Positions 34,607-43,951 of a stretch of 64,000 bases of DNA are shown here, in pieces. The position numbers and the translations under genes were made by a program. Position 1 is the first letter of the stretch. Every line of letters starts with the position of its first letter. The DNA lies in NCBI GenBank assembly GCA_049602735.1, contig JBMYRW010000001.1:19502-83501 (forward strand), written 5' to 3'. Origin of the DNA: Thermoplasmatota archaeon (lineage in GTDB: Archaea > Thermoplasmatota > E2 > JACPAO01 > JAHFTW01). A model generated the notes under the pieces. It saw only the letters and a program-made list of their open reading frames with translations. It was not told the origin of the DNA and searched no databases.

Positions 34607-35437
34607 ATGAACCGCCTGTCCCGCTCCTGGGGCCTCTTCAAGACGAGCCTGTCCGTCCTCAAGCAGGACAAGGAGCTGCTGTGGATGCCTGTGCTCTCCG
34701 TGCTGGCCAGCATCCTGACCATCATGGCGATCGCCGGCGTCGGCTTCGCCCTCACGCCCGCCCTGTTCATCGACGGCGCCTTCGACGTGATCGGCGCCGT
34801 CCTGGCCCTCGCGACCTACCTTCTGCTGGCGTTCGTCACCCTGTTCTTCAACGCCGCCGTCGTCGCTGCGGCCAACGAACGGCTGGGCGGCGGCGACCCC
34901 ACGGTCAAGAGCGCCCTGGCTGCGGCATGGGCCCGCAAGGGTCGCCTCTTCGCTTGGGCGGCCGTCATCGCCACCGTCAACCTGATCCTCCAGGCGCTGC
35001 GGGAGCGCGCCGGCTTCCTCGGCCAGATCATGGCCGGCATCGCCGGCTTCGCCTGGAACCTGGCCACGTTCTTCGTCGTCCCCACCCTGCTCTTCACCGA
35101 GAAGAGCCTCGGCGACTCGGTCAAGGGCAGCGCCGGCCTGTTCAAGCAGACCTGGGGCGAGACCGTCGTCGGCGAGGCCGGCATCGGCTTCGTCAGCGGC
35201 CTGCTGGGCATCGCCATCGGCATCACCGGCTTCATCGGCACGCTGGCTCTCGCGACGGTGCTGGGAACCATCGGCCTCATCGTGGGCATCGTGACGACCG
35301 TCGTCGCTATCCTCGCCCTCGCGGCGCTCAGCAGCGTGCTGGCGGGCATCTACAAGGCGGCCCTGTACCGCTGGGCCACCGGCGGCAACACGGGCTCCTT
35401 CGACCAGCAGACCCTCGCGTCCGCGTTCCACCCGTAG
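34607..35437 (+). CDS. hypothetical multi-pass membrane protein
   Basis: ATG at 34607 (MNRLSRSWGLFKTSLSVLKQDKELLW...). It has about 6 hydrophobic helices and ends with ALYRWATGG. No confident family. Confidence 0.6.
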   Translation: MNRLSRSWGLFKTSLSVLKQDKELLWMPVLSVLASILTIMAIAGVGFALTPALFIDGAFDVIGAVLALATYLLLAFVTLFFNAAVVAAANERLGGGDPTVKSALAAAWARKGRLFAWAAVIATVNLILQALRERAGFLGQIMAGIAGFAWNLATFFVVPTLLFTEKSLGDSVKGSAGLFKQTWGETVVGEAGIGFVSGLLGIAIGITGFIGTLALATVLGTIGLIVGIVTTVVAILALAALSSVLAGIYKAALYRWATGGNTGSFDQQTLASAFHP

Positions 35438-35491
35438 GCCTGACCTTCGGTGGCCGACCAAGAACATCGGGTCGAGTCGATCGGGTAGAAG

Positions 35492-35521
35492 GGAGGGGCG
35501 GCGCAGATGCGCCACCCCTCC
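35492..35521. terminator. GC-rich hairpin between convergent genes
   Basis: GGAGGGG-C-GGCGCAGATGCGCC-A-CCCCTCC forms a stem of about 11-13 bp with one mismatch, 55 nt downstream of the 35437 stop. Whether it acts as a terminator in an archaeon is unproven. Confidence 0.3.
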
Positions 35522-35737
35522 TCACCCGTCGCCCAGCGAACGCGACTGACCCAAACGGTCGCGGTTCAACCAACCACCACAGTCAGTGGGCGAACGACGA
35601 AGGCCACCAACCCTCGCCGGGTGTCTCCTTGATGTCCGGTCGACGGGGCACCAGGGAGCAACGGCCCAGCCTTGCTCCAGGTTGTTAATCCTTGTTGCAC
35701 GTTCCATGGCTTCAACAGAGAAGCGGGGCCCCTGCGT

Positions 35738-37666
35738 CTACAACGCTTCCACGTCGAGGATCAAGCCGGCCTGCACGGCGCTCGCGATCGCCTTGGCCTC
35801 CGGCGTGTTGGCCTTGAACCGGAGCTTGCCGTCCTTGCTGGCCAGGCCGGCAGCGACCTCGGAGCCTTCGATGAGCACGCGGATCTCTTGGCTGCCATAG
35901 CCGGGGCCCGCCAACACGAACAGGTTGCTGCCGGTCTTCTTGACGCGCACCTCGCCGGGACCCCCACGAGGCCCGCCGGAGCCAGCCGACCCGCCCTGGG
36001 CCCGCTTGCCGCCGCCCTTGCCGCGTTCACGGGGTCGCACGTCGAGGCGGATGCCGAGCCGGCGCTCCAGGCCCTGGACGGTCTTCCCGCCTTTGCCGAT
36101 GAGGCTGGGGACCTCTTCCTGGTCGACGAACACGGACGCCCGGTTACCGTTCACCTGCACTTCGAAGGGGCCGTGGACGTAACGCCGCAGGGCCCGGTTG
36201 AGCTCCCGTTCCGCCAACGCGGAGGCACCGCTACGACGCCGGCCCGCTGGCACGCCCGGGGCGCCGGCCATACCGCCATCGAGGGGCATGACGACCACCT
36301 GTTCACCGTACGTGTAGAGCTCGAAGCACTCCTGGCGGGTCTGAAGGTCTGTCACCACGACGACAGGGCGCGCCAGGTCCTCCTGCATCATGCCGGAGGG
36401 GACGCGCACCGTGAACGTCAGCTCCAGCACCTGGGCGACGGCGCCTTCGTCGATGAAGACCACGGTATCGACCACCTGGGGGATCATGCCCAGTTCGACG
36501 CGGCCGATGAGCCGCTGCACGGCGTCGATGGCGCGGCTGGCGTGGGTGACGCCGAAGAGGCCGATGCCCGCCATCCTCATGTCGGCGAAGACCCGGAAGT
36601 CGCCCGTCGTACGCACCTCGTCATACACCACGTGGTCGGGGCGCACCAGGAGCATCACCTCGCCGGTCCACTGCATGTCCCGGTCGAGGGCGCCGTACTG
36701 GGTCACCTCCTTGGGCACCTGCAGGTCGCGGGGCTGCTCCATGGTCTTGACGACGCGGTCCAGGCCGTGCAGGTGCTCCGCCAACGCGGCGGCGAAGGTC
36801 GACTTGCCGCTGCCCGGAGGTCCTGCGATGAAGACGCCGCGGCTCTTGCCCAGCGCCCGCTCCAGCACCTCTTCGGGCAGGTCGTAATCGTCCAGGCCGA
36901 GCTTGACGACGGGGCGCACCGCGGTCACTTCGAGGCCATCCGCGAAGGGCGGCTGCGCCAGCGTGACGCGCATGGGCCCCATCTGGATGACCGTGCAACC
37001 GTGGCGCTCCAGCTCGATGAAGGAGTTGTAGTCCCGCTTGGCGAACTCGATCGCCTCCCGCGACAACGCCCGCAGCTCCTCGTGGGCGATCGGCGTGGGT
37101 GCCCGCGTGGCATTTTCGCCGCCCGCGGGCTCGTAGCTGAGCCCGGCCGGCGTGCCCCGCTTGACCATCGGGATGCAGTCCGCCTTCAGGTGGACGCTCA
37201 TCACGTCATCGTCGAAGAACCGCCACAGCGCCAACTGCTCCATGGCGGGCGGGTCGTCCACCACGGGCCGCAGGTACAGGTGCTCGACCCCTGCCGCGGC
37301 CGCCGCATACGCCTGGACGCGGTCACTGGTCACCAGGACGCCGCCCTTCTGCGCCGCCGCCACGTCACGGATGGCCGCATCGATGGCCCCCTCGCCCGCC
37401 GCAGCGATCTCCGCAGGCCCAGGACGCTCACCGAAGATCTCGACGCGGACGTCGCCGGCCTCCGCCGCACGTTGCAGGCGCCGCAGTTCATCCAGGCCGG
37501 CGAAGCCAGTCTCCTGGCCACGGTTCGCCTGCGCTTCCAGCTCAGCCAGCGCCGCGCGGGGGATGACGACGCGGGCATCAGCGTGGGCCGGTTCGGCCAG
37601 CAGTTCATGCATGCGGCCATCGACGAGGACCGACGTGTCCGGGACCAGGGTGACGGTCACGGCCAT
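35738..37666 (-). CDS. PIN-domain / PilT-like ATPase / KH-domain protein (COG1855-type)
   Basis: ATG at 37666 (MAVTVTLVPDTSVLVDGR is PIN-like). Walker A is IAGPPGSGKSTFAAALAE. The C-terminal KH motif is IGKGGKTVQGLERRLGIRLDV. Confidence 0.8.
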   Translation of the reverse strand: MAVTVTLVPDTSVLVDGRMHELLAEPAHADARVVIPRAALAELEAQANRGQETGFAGLDELRRLQRAAEAGDVRVEIFGERPGPAEIAAAGEGAIDAAIRDVAAAQKGGVLVTSDRVQAYAAAAAGVEHLYLRPVVDDPPAMEQLALWRFFDDDVMSVHLKADCIPMVKRGTPAGLSYEPAGGENATRAPTPIAHEELRALSREAIEFAKRDYNSFIELERHGCTVIQMGPMRVTLAQPPFADGLEVTAVRPVVKLGLDDYDLPEEVLERALGKSRGVFIAGPPGSGKSTFAAALAEHLHGLDRVVKTMEQPRDLQVPKEVTQYGALDRDMQWTGEVMLLVRPDHVVYDEVRTTGDFRVFADMRMAGIGLFGVTHASRAIDAVQRLIGRVELGMIPQVVDTVVFIDEGAVAQVLELTFTVRVPSGMMQEDLARPVVVVTDLQTRQECFELYTYGEQVVVMPLDGGMAGAPGVPAGRRRSGASALAERELNRALRRYVHGPFEVQVNGNRASVFVDQEEVPSLIGKGGKTVQGLERRLGIRLDVRPRERGKGGGKRAQGGSAGSGGPRGGPGEVRVKKTGSNLFVLAGPGYGSQEIRVLIEGSEVAAGLASKDGKLRFKANTPEAKAIASAVQAGLILDVEAL

Positions 37667-37731
37667 GGACTGCCATGCCGGGGGATAACCGTGGGCCGCT
37701 TGCTTCCAGTGGAGCGGGGGGCGCAGCCCAG

Positions 37732-38580
37732 CTAGACCAGTTCGACGCCCCGCGCCTCGCACCAGTCCCGCACGATCTGCCGTTGCGGCCCCTTGAGCCC
37801 TTTCTTGTGCAGGTAGACCCCGGAGGCGCCCGGCGTCGCCGCCCAGACACGGTCCAGCACCCCGAAACAGGCTTCCGGGTCGTCCGGCGGCAGCCCGTAC
37901 GCGGCGACCAAGTGCCCGAAGTCTGCCTCCCCGGCGAGGGCCTTGGTGGTCTGTTGGGGGACGTAATGGCCGCCGCCGACACCCAGCAGCACCGGCGCGC
38001 CCTCCTCCGGGGCACCGCCGCCGTCCCGGCCATCCAGGACATCCAGCATCGCCTGGGCATGCACCTCGGCGCTCGGCCGGTCATCGTACCACGCCTCGTC
38101 GCTGCCGATCTCGACAAACAGGCTCGGCTGCAGCATGAGCGGCCCGTGGTGCGTCGCCTCGTAGGTGACACCGTGCTCCAGGCCGCGTGCCTCGGCATGG
38201 TGGGCCAGCCGCCGGAGCAGGGCGCCCATGTCCCGGGGCGCCGACGTGGCGCAGGAACGCGGCTGGCCACCATACTGGGCCGCATCATGGTTGCCCATCG
38301 GATGGACGGTGAGGCTCGGCTGGCCGCTGGCAGCGCGGTGGCGGCTCAGGAACCAGACCGCATCCGGGGCCCAGCCGGCCGCCTCGATGTCGTCCGTCAG
38401 CGCCTCGTCGTGGATCGCCGGCCCCTCGATGTCCACCAGGAGGTCATCGCCGCGCCGACGCACCGGTCCCGCGCGGAACGTCTCCCCCGTCGGCTCCCAA
38501 GCGGGGTCGCTCGCCTCCAAGAGGCGGTCCCGCATGTTGATGCTGGCATTGTCGCCGAGGTTGCAGACCAGGAGGCGCAC
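37732..38580 (-). CDS. dtdA: D-aminoacyl-tRNA deacylase, archaeal type
   Basis: GTG at 38580 (VRLLVCNLGD...). LTVHPMGN, YEATHHGP, SLFVEIGS and GVGGGHYVPQQT...FGH match the archaeal DtdA family. The rest of the listed 877-aa ORF is artefact. Confidence 0.85.
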   Translation of the reverse strand: MRLLVCNLGDNASINMRDRLLEASDPAWEPTGETFRAGPVRRRGDDLLVDIEGPAIHDEALTDDIEAAGWAPDAVWFLSRHRAASGQPSLTVHPMGNHDAAQYGGQPRSCATSAPRDMGALLRRLAHHAEARGLEHGVTYEATHHGPLMLQPSLFVEIGSDEAWYDDRPSAEVHAQAMLDVLDGRDGGGAPEEGAPVLLGVGGGHYVPQQTTKALAGEADFGHLVAAYGLPPDDPEACFGVLDRVWAATPGASGVYLHKKGLKGPQRQIVRDWCEARGVELV

Positions 38581-38606
38581 GGGACGGCGATGGTCGGCGC
38601 TGCTAC

Positions 38607-39104
38607 CTAACGCTTGAGAACGGCGCCCGGGCCGCGACCCAACCGTCGCAGTACGACGCGCTTGAGGTACGCCTGACCCAGTAGCACCACGAGACCCACC
38701 GCGACCTCCACGGCCACCGTCCGGCTGCGTGTGCGTCCTGTGGGCATCCGCTTGTCCTCCTGGGCGCCGGTGATGGGGAGGAACGTCTCGCTCACCTGAT
38801 GCGTCGGCAGGCCGTTGCGTCCGAGGATCTCCTTGATCTCCGGGCTGGCATTGCGGCGCTTGGACCACAGGTGCTGCACGTACTTGTTGGACAGCTCCAC
38901 CTCGCTCTCCAGGCGCCCGTCCCGGAACGCCCGGACATGGAGCTGCAGGTCGTCCGGCTCCTGGCGGATGACGCCCCAGACCTGGCCCGGCTTGCGCGCC
39001 TGGCGAGGATCGCGGCGGAAGCCCTCCGCCAGCAGCACCGCCTTGGCGGCGGCCAGCCAGGTGGCCACGTCGTCGCTGGGCGCTTCCTCCTCGGGCAGGG
39101 GCAC
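38607..39104 (-). CDS. hypothetical protein with C-terminal TM segment
   Basis: 165 aa with one hydrophobic helix (VAVEVAVGLVVLLGQAYL). No family recognised. Confidence 0.4.
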   Translation of the reverse strand: MPLPEEEAPSDDVATWLAAAKAVLLAEGFRRDPRQARKPGQVWGVIRQEPDDLQLHVRAFRDGRLESEVELSNKYVQHLWSKRRNASPEIKEILGRNGLPTHQVSETFLPITGAQEDKRMPTGRTRSRTVAVEVAVGLVVLLGQAYLKRVVLRRLGRGPGAVLKR

Positions 39105-39136
39105 GCCTGGTCATCGGCGTCGAAGGCTCAAGAGGG

Positions 39137-39526
39137 TTGCCCCGCCCCAAGCGCCATAGCAGGGGGCCCGTTGGCGCCCGCGTGGCCGCCGCGACGACGC
39201 CCTGCCCCCATTGCAAGGCCCCGGTGCCCTTGCCGGACGGGTCCGTGAGCGACGGCGCCTGCCCCGCCTGCGACCGTCCGCTGCGCTTCATCGACGCCCC
39301 GGAGCACCCGTGTGCCTCCTGCTCGGCACCCGTCGTGCGACCCCCCGGCCAGGACGCGGTTCGATGCCCCGACTGTGGCCACTTGCAGGCCACCGACCCA
39401 CAGCGGCCCCTGCAGATCGTGACCCCTTGCCCCAGGTGTCGCCGCCGCATCCCGGTCCCCGGGGACGCCTCCGAGGCCACATGCCCCCATTGCGCGGCTT
39501 TGTTGCGCCTGGCGCACGACTTTTGA
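39137..39526 (+). CDS. triple zinc-ribbon protein
   Basis: Six CxxC pairs: CPHC/CPAC, CASC/CPDC, CPRC/CPHC. The start is uncertain: TTG 39137 or GTG 39182. Confidence 0.5.
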   Translation: MPRPKRHSRGPVGARVAAATTPCPHCKAPVPLPDGSVSDGACPACDRPLRFIDAPEHPCASCSAPVVRPPGQDAVRCPDCGHLQATDPQRPLQIVTPCPRCRRRIPVPGDASEATCPHCAALLRLAHDF

Positions 39527-39552
39527 ACGTCCCACAGGATGGATGCTGCATC

Positions 39553-40557
39553 ATGTCGGAAGCACTCGCCCAGCAGCGCACCACGGTCAAGGGCCGCAAG
39601 GCGCCCAAGGAAGGCAAAGGGGGCAAGGGGCTCTTCGGACGCAAGGGCGGCAAGAAGGCGGCCCGCGGCGATGAGCAGCCCGAGGCGTTCACGAGCACCG
39701 GCGCGGCCGGCGGTGACCTGGAAGCCGTCGGCGGAGGCTCCGTCCGACGCATCCATTTCGCCAGCGAACCGGAGGAGGTCGTCACCGAGCACCGGGAGCG
39801 CCGCTGGGTGCGCCGCCACCACGACTCCATCGGCGCCATCGAGCACGAAGTGGACCTGCTTGGCAAGTACGGCCGCACGTGGCGCCCCCTGACGCACACC
39901 GTCGGAGCCGCCGACCGTGCCTTGGCCCGCAGCGACCGCCAGGAGCGCGTGCTGTACGAGACGCCAGGAGGCCACGTGGTCGAATCCGTGCGTGAGACGG
40001 GTGGCCGCCGGCGCCGTGACCTGTACGTCACCAGCCGCGTGGGCGAATCCCGTGGCCGCGAGCAGCGCATCGACGCCTCGCTCATCGACCGCATCATCAA
40101 GCAGCGCTACCGTGGCGACGGTGCCATCGAGCGTCAAGTGGTCGTCACCAAGGAGGTCGAAGTGGAGGTGACCGACGACGGCGAACGCGTCATCAGCGAA
40201 CGGGTCGTCGAGGACACGGCAAGTGCGGCCACCAAGACGACCACCCGGCCCTCCACATCCACTCGGTCGGATGGTTGGGTGCCCGAGACCAAGGCCACCA
40301 AGAAGACGGTCACGAAGACCGCCAAGAAGCCCGCCGCGAAGGCCACCAAGGCTCCCCGCTCCCAAGTGGACAAGGACGGCTACAAGCTGTTCAAGAACGG
40401 CAACCGGTACTACTTCAGCAAGAAGACCCAGAAGGAGGCCGCCGAGAACGGTGGCCGCCCCGTCTACGAGGTCCCTGACGGTAAGGCCGTCGAGGTCACT
40501 TCCAGCGGCCTTCCGGTCCTGAAGAACGTGACGCCAAAGTCCAAGAAGAGCGCCTGA
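39553..40557 (+). CDS. hypothetical Lys/Arg-rich protein (334 aa)
   Basis: ATG at 39553 (MSEALAQQRTTVKGRKAPKEGKGGKG...). The C-terminus is basic with KDGYKLFKNGNRYYFSKK...PDGKAVEVTSSGLPVLK. The listed ORF's upstream 114 codons overlap the zinc-ribbon gene. Confidence 0.5.
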   Translation: MSEALAQQRTTVKGRKAPKEGKGGKGLFGRKGGKKAARGDEQPEAFTSTGAAGGDLEAVGGGSVRRIHFASEPEEVVTEHRERRWVRRHHDSIGAIEHEVDLLGKYGRTWRPLTHTVGAADRALARSDRQERVLYETPGGHVVESVRETGGRRRRDLYVTSRVGESRGREQRIDASLIDRIIKQRYRGDGAIERQVVVTKEVEVEVTDDGERVISERVVEDTASAATKTTTRPSTSTRSDGWVPETKATKKTVTKTAKKPAAKATKAPRSQVDKDGYKLFKNGNRYYFSKKTQKEAAENGGRPVYEVPDGKAVEVTSSGLPVLKNVTPKSKKSA

Positions 40558-40562
40558 GAGAC

Positions 40563-42056
40563 GTGGGTCTGATGACGCGTCGCCTTCCTGTCGTCCTCCT
40601 GCTGGCGACGGTCACGATGGCCGCCCTGGTCGCCGTGGCACAACAGGTCCCTCAGCCCTTCGAGGAGGAGTTGGACGGCAAGTGCTTCAGCTGCCACAAG
40701 CAGGAGATGCCGCAGGGCACGATGTACCTCTTAGCGCCGCCGGCCACCATCGACGTGGAACCTGGCGCCGTCTTCGAGTACCAGCTACGCGTCGACCATG
40801 CCTGGGTGGAGGTCCTTGAGCTCTCCAACTTCGTGGGCACCCTGGACCTGCGCGATGCCCCTGGGCTCAATTTCGTCACCGAGACCATCGAGCCGATCCT
40901 CGAGGAGCGCCCGGGCCAGATCGACTACGATCCCGCCTTCGCCGGTCAGGCGCAGGTGAGCGACGAGGTCATCGAGGTCCCGGTGGAGACGACGGAGTTC
41001 CAGGTGGTCCTGAGCCCGGATGATTTCTCGCCGCTGGGCCCCGACCTGGCGCTCGTGTTCCTTCCCTCTGGCGGCGGCAGCATCCGCATCGACAACGGCG
41101 GCCCCGGCGAGGACGAACGATTCTCCTTCACCGCCGGCGAACTGGCGGCCAACGGGTTCGGCAACTGGACCGTGCGTGTCGAGTACCGCCCCGTCGACCA
41201 GACGGCGCTGCCGCCCGTGTCCCCGGGCTTCCGGCCGTTCGTGGGCTACGACCTGGAGCTTTCCCAGTGGTTCAACACGACGGGTGCGCGCCAGCAGTTC
41301 CAGTTCATCGAGCAGGGCATCACCGGCGGCCAGAGCACCCTCTTGACGTGGCAGCTGCAGGCGACCGAGGAGCCCTTGGACGACGAGCAGGTGGTCATCG
41401 CGCGGGTCAACGCGACGGCGTTCTATGACCACACGGACCCCGGCAACCCCGACTATGGCAACTACACCAAGGGGACGGGGCTCCTTCTCACCGCCCTGGG
41501 TACCGGCAGCGGCCTGGTCATCGAGGACCCGTTCGCCTCCACCGTCGTCCGCATCGTCTCTCCTGATACCGGCGTCACCATGGCGCGTATCAGCGAGGTC
41601 GTGGGCTACCTCACCGGTTTCCTGCTCATCGCCTCCGTGTGGACGGGCGGCATGTTCGGCAAGGCGAGCCGCCGTCAGCTCAACGTGGTCTTCGGCTCCG
41701 CCAAGCGCCGCGTGGCGTTCCACAACCTAGTGAGCTACTTCCTGACGGTGGCGGCGATCGTCCACCTGATCCTGTTCATCATCGAGGTGCGCTACCACTG
41801 GTCGCTCGGCCTCATCTGGGGCGGCCTTGGCCTCCTGGCCATGCTGGGCCTCGGCGTCACCGGCGCCGTGCAGATCCCGCTGATTCGCAGCTGGGGCTAC
41901 CCGACGTGGCGCTGGGTCCACCTGGGACTCGCGATCGCCAGCCTGGTGTTCTCCGTCGTCCACATGCTGCTCGACGGCCAGAACTTCGAGGCGGTGCAGG
42001 CGGCCCTTGGCTACGAGGACCCCCTGGTGCGCTGGCTCGACGACAACCGAGTGTAA
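40563..42056 (+). CDS. membrane protein with N-terminal CxxCH motif, large extracytoplasmic domain and C-terminal four-helix, four-His b-type cytochrome-like domain
   Basis: Signal/anchor RRLPVVLLLATVTMAALVAVA. CFSCH lies at residues 41-45 (nt 40683-40697). The C-terminal TM helices carry AFHNL, IVHLI, WVHLG and VVHML. Start is GTG 40563 or ATG 40572. Confidence 0.6.
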   Translation: MGLMTRRLPVVLLLATVTMAALVAVAQQVPQPFEEELDGKCFSCHKQEMPQGTMYLLAPPATIDVEPGAVFEYQLRVDHAWVEVLELSNFVGTLDLRDAPGLNFVTETIEPILEERPGQIDYDPAFAGQAQVSDEVIEVPVETTEFQVVLSPDDFSPLGPDLALVFLPSGGGSIRIDNGGPGEDERFSFTAGELAANGFGNWTVRVEYRPVDQTALPPVSPGFRPFVGYDLELSQWFNTTGARQQFQFIEQGITGGQSTLLTWQLQATEEPLDDEQVVIARVNATAFYDHTDPGNPDYGNYTKGTGLLLTALGTGSGLVIEDPFASTVVRIVSPDTGVTMARISEVVGYLTGFLLIASVWTGGMFGKASRRQLNVVFGSAKRRVAFHNLVSYFLTVAAIVHLILFIIEVRYHWSLGLIWGGLGLLAMLGLGVTGAVQIPLIRSWGYPTWRWVHLGLAIASLVFSVVHMLLDGQNFEAVQAALGYEDPLVRWLDDNRV

Positions 42057-42142
42057 CGCCCACCCCACCCCGCCCCCCCCTCCCGCCCGGACAGCGGCCA
42101 TGGCCGGCCAAGCTTCAAGACGGAGGCCTCGTCGCCCGGCCT

Positions 42143-43935
42143 GTGCTCGAACCGCTGGCGGCCGATGGTCGTGGCCGTATCTTAGAGTGGACGCCCCGCG
42201 AAGGTGGCCCAAGCCTGCGCTCCCCGGCGCTGCTTTGGACGGACGTCCCATCCCTGCCGCGCCCCGACGGCGTGGACGGCGTGGTGACCCAGCGGCCCAC
42301 GGGTGACGGCAAGGCCCTAGAGATCGTCAGCGGCGGCACGTGGTTCTTCGAGGACCAAGAAGCAGGCAACGCGGCCGGCGACGCGGTGCTGCGTCCGCTG
42401 CCGCCCAAGCCCACCACGGAGGTCCAGGTGGCCACCACCGAGGGCGACGATGGCCTGGCGGTCTTCCACGACGCGGCCGGGTGGGCCAGCAACCCGGCCC
42501 GGCTCGTGCCGGCGCTCATCGAGGCGCGGACGCAGGCCACGGAGGGCCGGATGCTGTGGGCGCCCGGCGTGGGTGGCCCCGAGGACTACGCACTCTGGGC
42601 CTACTTGGGCATCGAGGTCTTCGATGCCAGCCCGCTCCAGCTCGCCGCGGTGCGTGGCCAGGCGTTGACGGTGGACGGCCCCGTGGCGGCCGCGGACGCG
42701 CCGGCCCTCTTGGACGGTGCCGAAGGCGACGTCGAGGCATGGGACGAAGCCCGCCTCCTGGCCTTCAACCTGGAAGCTGCCCGCCGCGAACTGCGCCTGG
42801 TCGAGCGGGCGATCCGTGACGGCAACCTCCGTGAACTCGTCGAGCGCCGCGTGTACCGTTCCGCGCGGGCCGTCGAGGTGCTGCGCCGCTTCGACCGCGA
42901 ACACGCCTACCTGGAGGCCGCGTCCCCGGTGGCCAAGGCGGGCGAGGTCGCCTGCCGCACCCAGGAATCCCTCTGGATGCCGGAGGTGGAGCAGTTCCGT
43001 CGCCGCATGGCGCGCCCGGACGGCTACGTGCCCCCGGCCTCCGCCGACGTCCTGGTGCTGCTCCCATGCAGCGCCCGCAAGCCGTACCGGCTGTCCAAGA
43101 GCCACCGGTACTTCCAACGCGCGCTGGATGACTCCGGCATCCGTTACCGGTGCCACGAGGTGATGATCACCAGCCCGCTGGGCATCGTCCCCCGCGAGCT
43201 GGAGAACGTGTACCCGGCCGCCAACTATGACGTGCCGGTCACGGGGCGCTGGAGCCTCGATGAAGAGGCCGTAATCCGTGACCAGGTCGCCGCCCTGCTG
43301 GCCAAGCACGACTACAAGCACGTCGTCGCACCTACGCATTCCTCAAGGAGACCCTCGGCGAAGGCGCGCTCCACACGGCCCCCTCGGTCGCCGGCAAGCC
43401 CCAGTCGATCCCCGCCTGCACCCGCCTGCGCGACGAACTGCGCCGCATCCGGTCCGATGACCCCCGAGCCGGGGACTTCAAGCAGAACGTGGCCGTCCGC
43501 CGCCGCGAAGACCTGGCCGCCTACACGTCGTTCCAGTTCGGCGCCACCGCGTCGCGCCTCCTGGCCCCCGAAGGCGCCCGCGTGAGGGGCAAGGCGCCCT
43601 ACCACAAACTGTTCGCCCCGGATGGGGAGCAGATGGGCATCACGACGGACAAGGGCATGATGAGCCTCAGCCCGCGCGGCGCGGCGGCGCTCGCCGAAGC
43701 GGGCGTCAAGCGGGTGTTCATCGGCGACTTCCATCCCAAGAAGACCAGCAGCCTGTTCGCCGTGGGTGTTGACGGGGCCGACCCGGACGTCCGCCGCGGC
43801 GACGACGTGGCCATCGGGCACCTGGCCGAGGACGGCAGCTTCGACCTGCGGGCCGTCGGCAAGGCCCAGATGAGCGCCGCGGAGATGACGCACCACAAGC
43901 GCGGCGTCGCCGTCAGCCTACGGCACGCGGCGTGA
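42143..43935 (+). pseudogene. arcS: archaeosine synthase (ArcS: TGT-like, DUF5591 and PUA domains) interrupted by a 1-nt frameshift near 43330
   Basis: Frame 2 encodes ...LVLLPCSARKPYRLSKSHRYFQ...ITSPLGIVPRELENVYPAANYDVPVTG...LLAKHDYKHVVA and then degenerates to Pro/Ser/Arg-rich sequence. Frame 1 (open from 43282) continues YAFLKETLGEGALH... through a PUA-like end, GDDVAIGHLAEDGSFDLRAVGKAQMSAAEM. The putative GTG start at 42143 is uncertain. Confidence 0.7.
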
Positions 43936-43951
43936 GCGCCCGGCGAGCCGG

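Noticed and set aside
35438-35737. 300-nt gene-free gap examined for an ncRNA (SRP RNA, C/D-box sRNA, tRNA)
   Set aside because: I found no SRP helix-8 consensus, no C/D boxes at proper spacing and no tRNA-like T-arm. Only a GC-rich hairpin (35492-35521) was retained, as a weak terminator candidate.
38581-40365. Upstream ~595 codons of the 877-aa minus-strand ORF
   Set aside because: Only the 3' 282 codons (from GTG 38580) match DtdA. The remainder overlaps three better-supported genes (38607-39104, the zinc-ribbon gene and the basic protein) and is Gly/Arg/Pro-rich.
41639-42142. 5' portion of the 648-aa ORF overlapping the haem-motif membrane protein
   Set aside because: It is out of frame with the well-structured 40563-42056 gene and has Pro/Arg-rich composition. 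ArcS similarity only begins near 42143.
43322-43345. Programmed ribosomal frameshift in arcS
   Set aside because: There is no slippery heptamer (X XXY YYZ) and no obvious downstream stimulatory structure at the junction. A simple indel, either real or a sequencing error, is more parsimonious.
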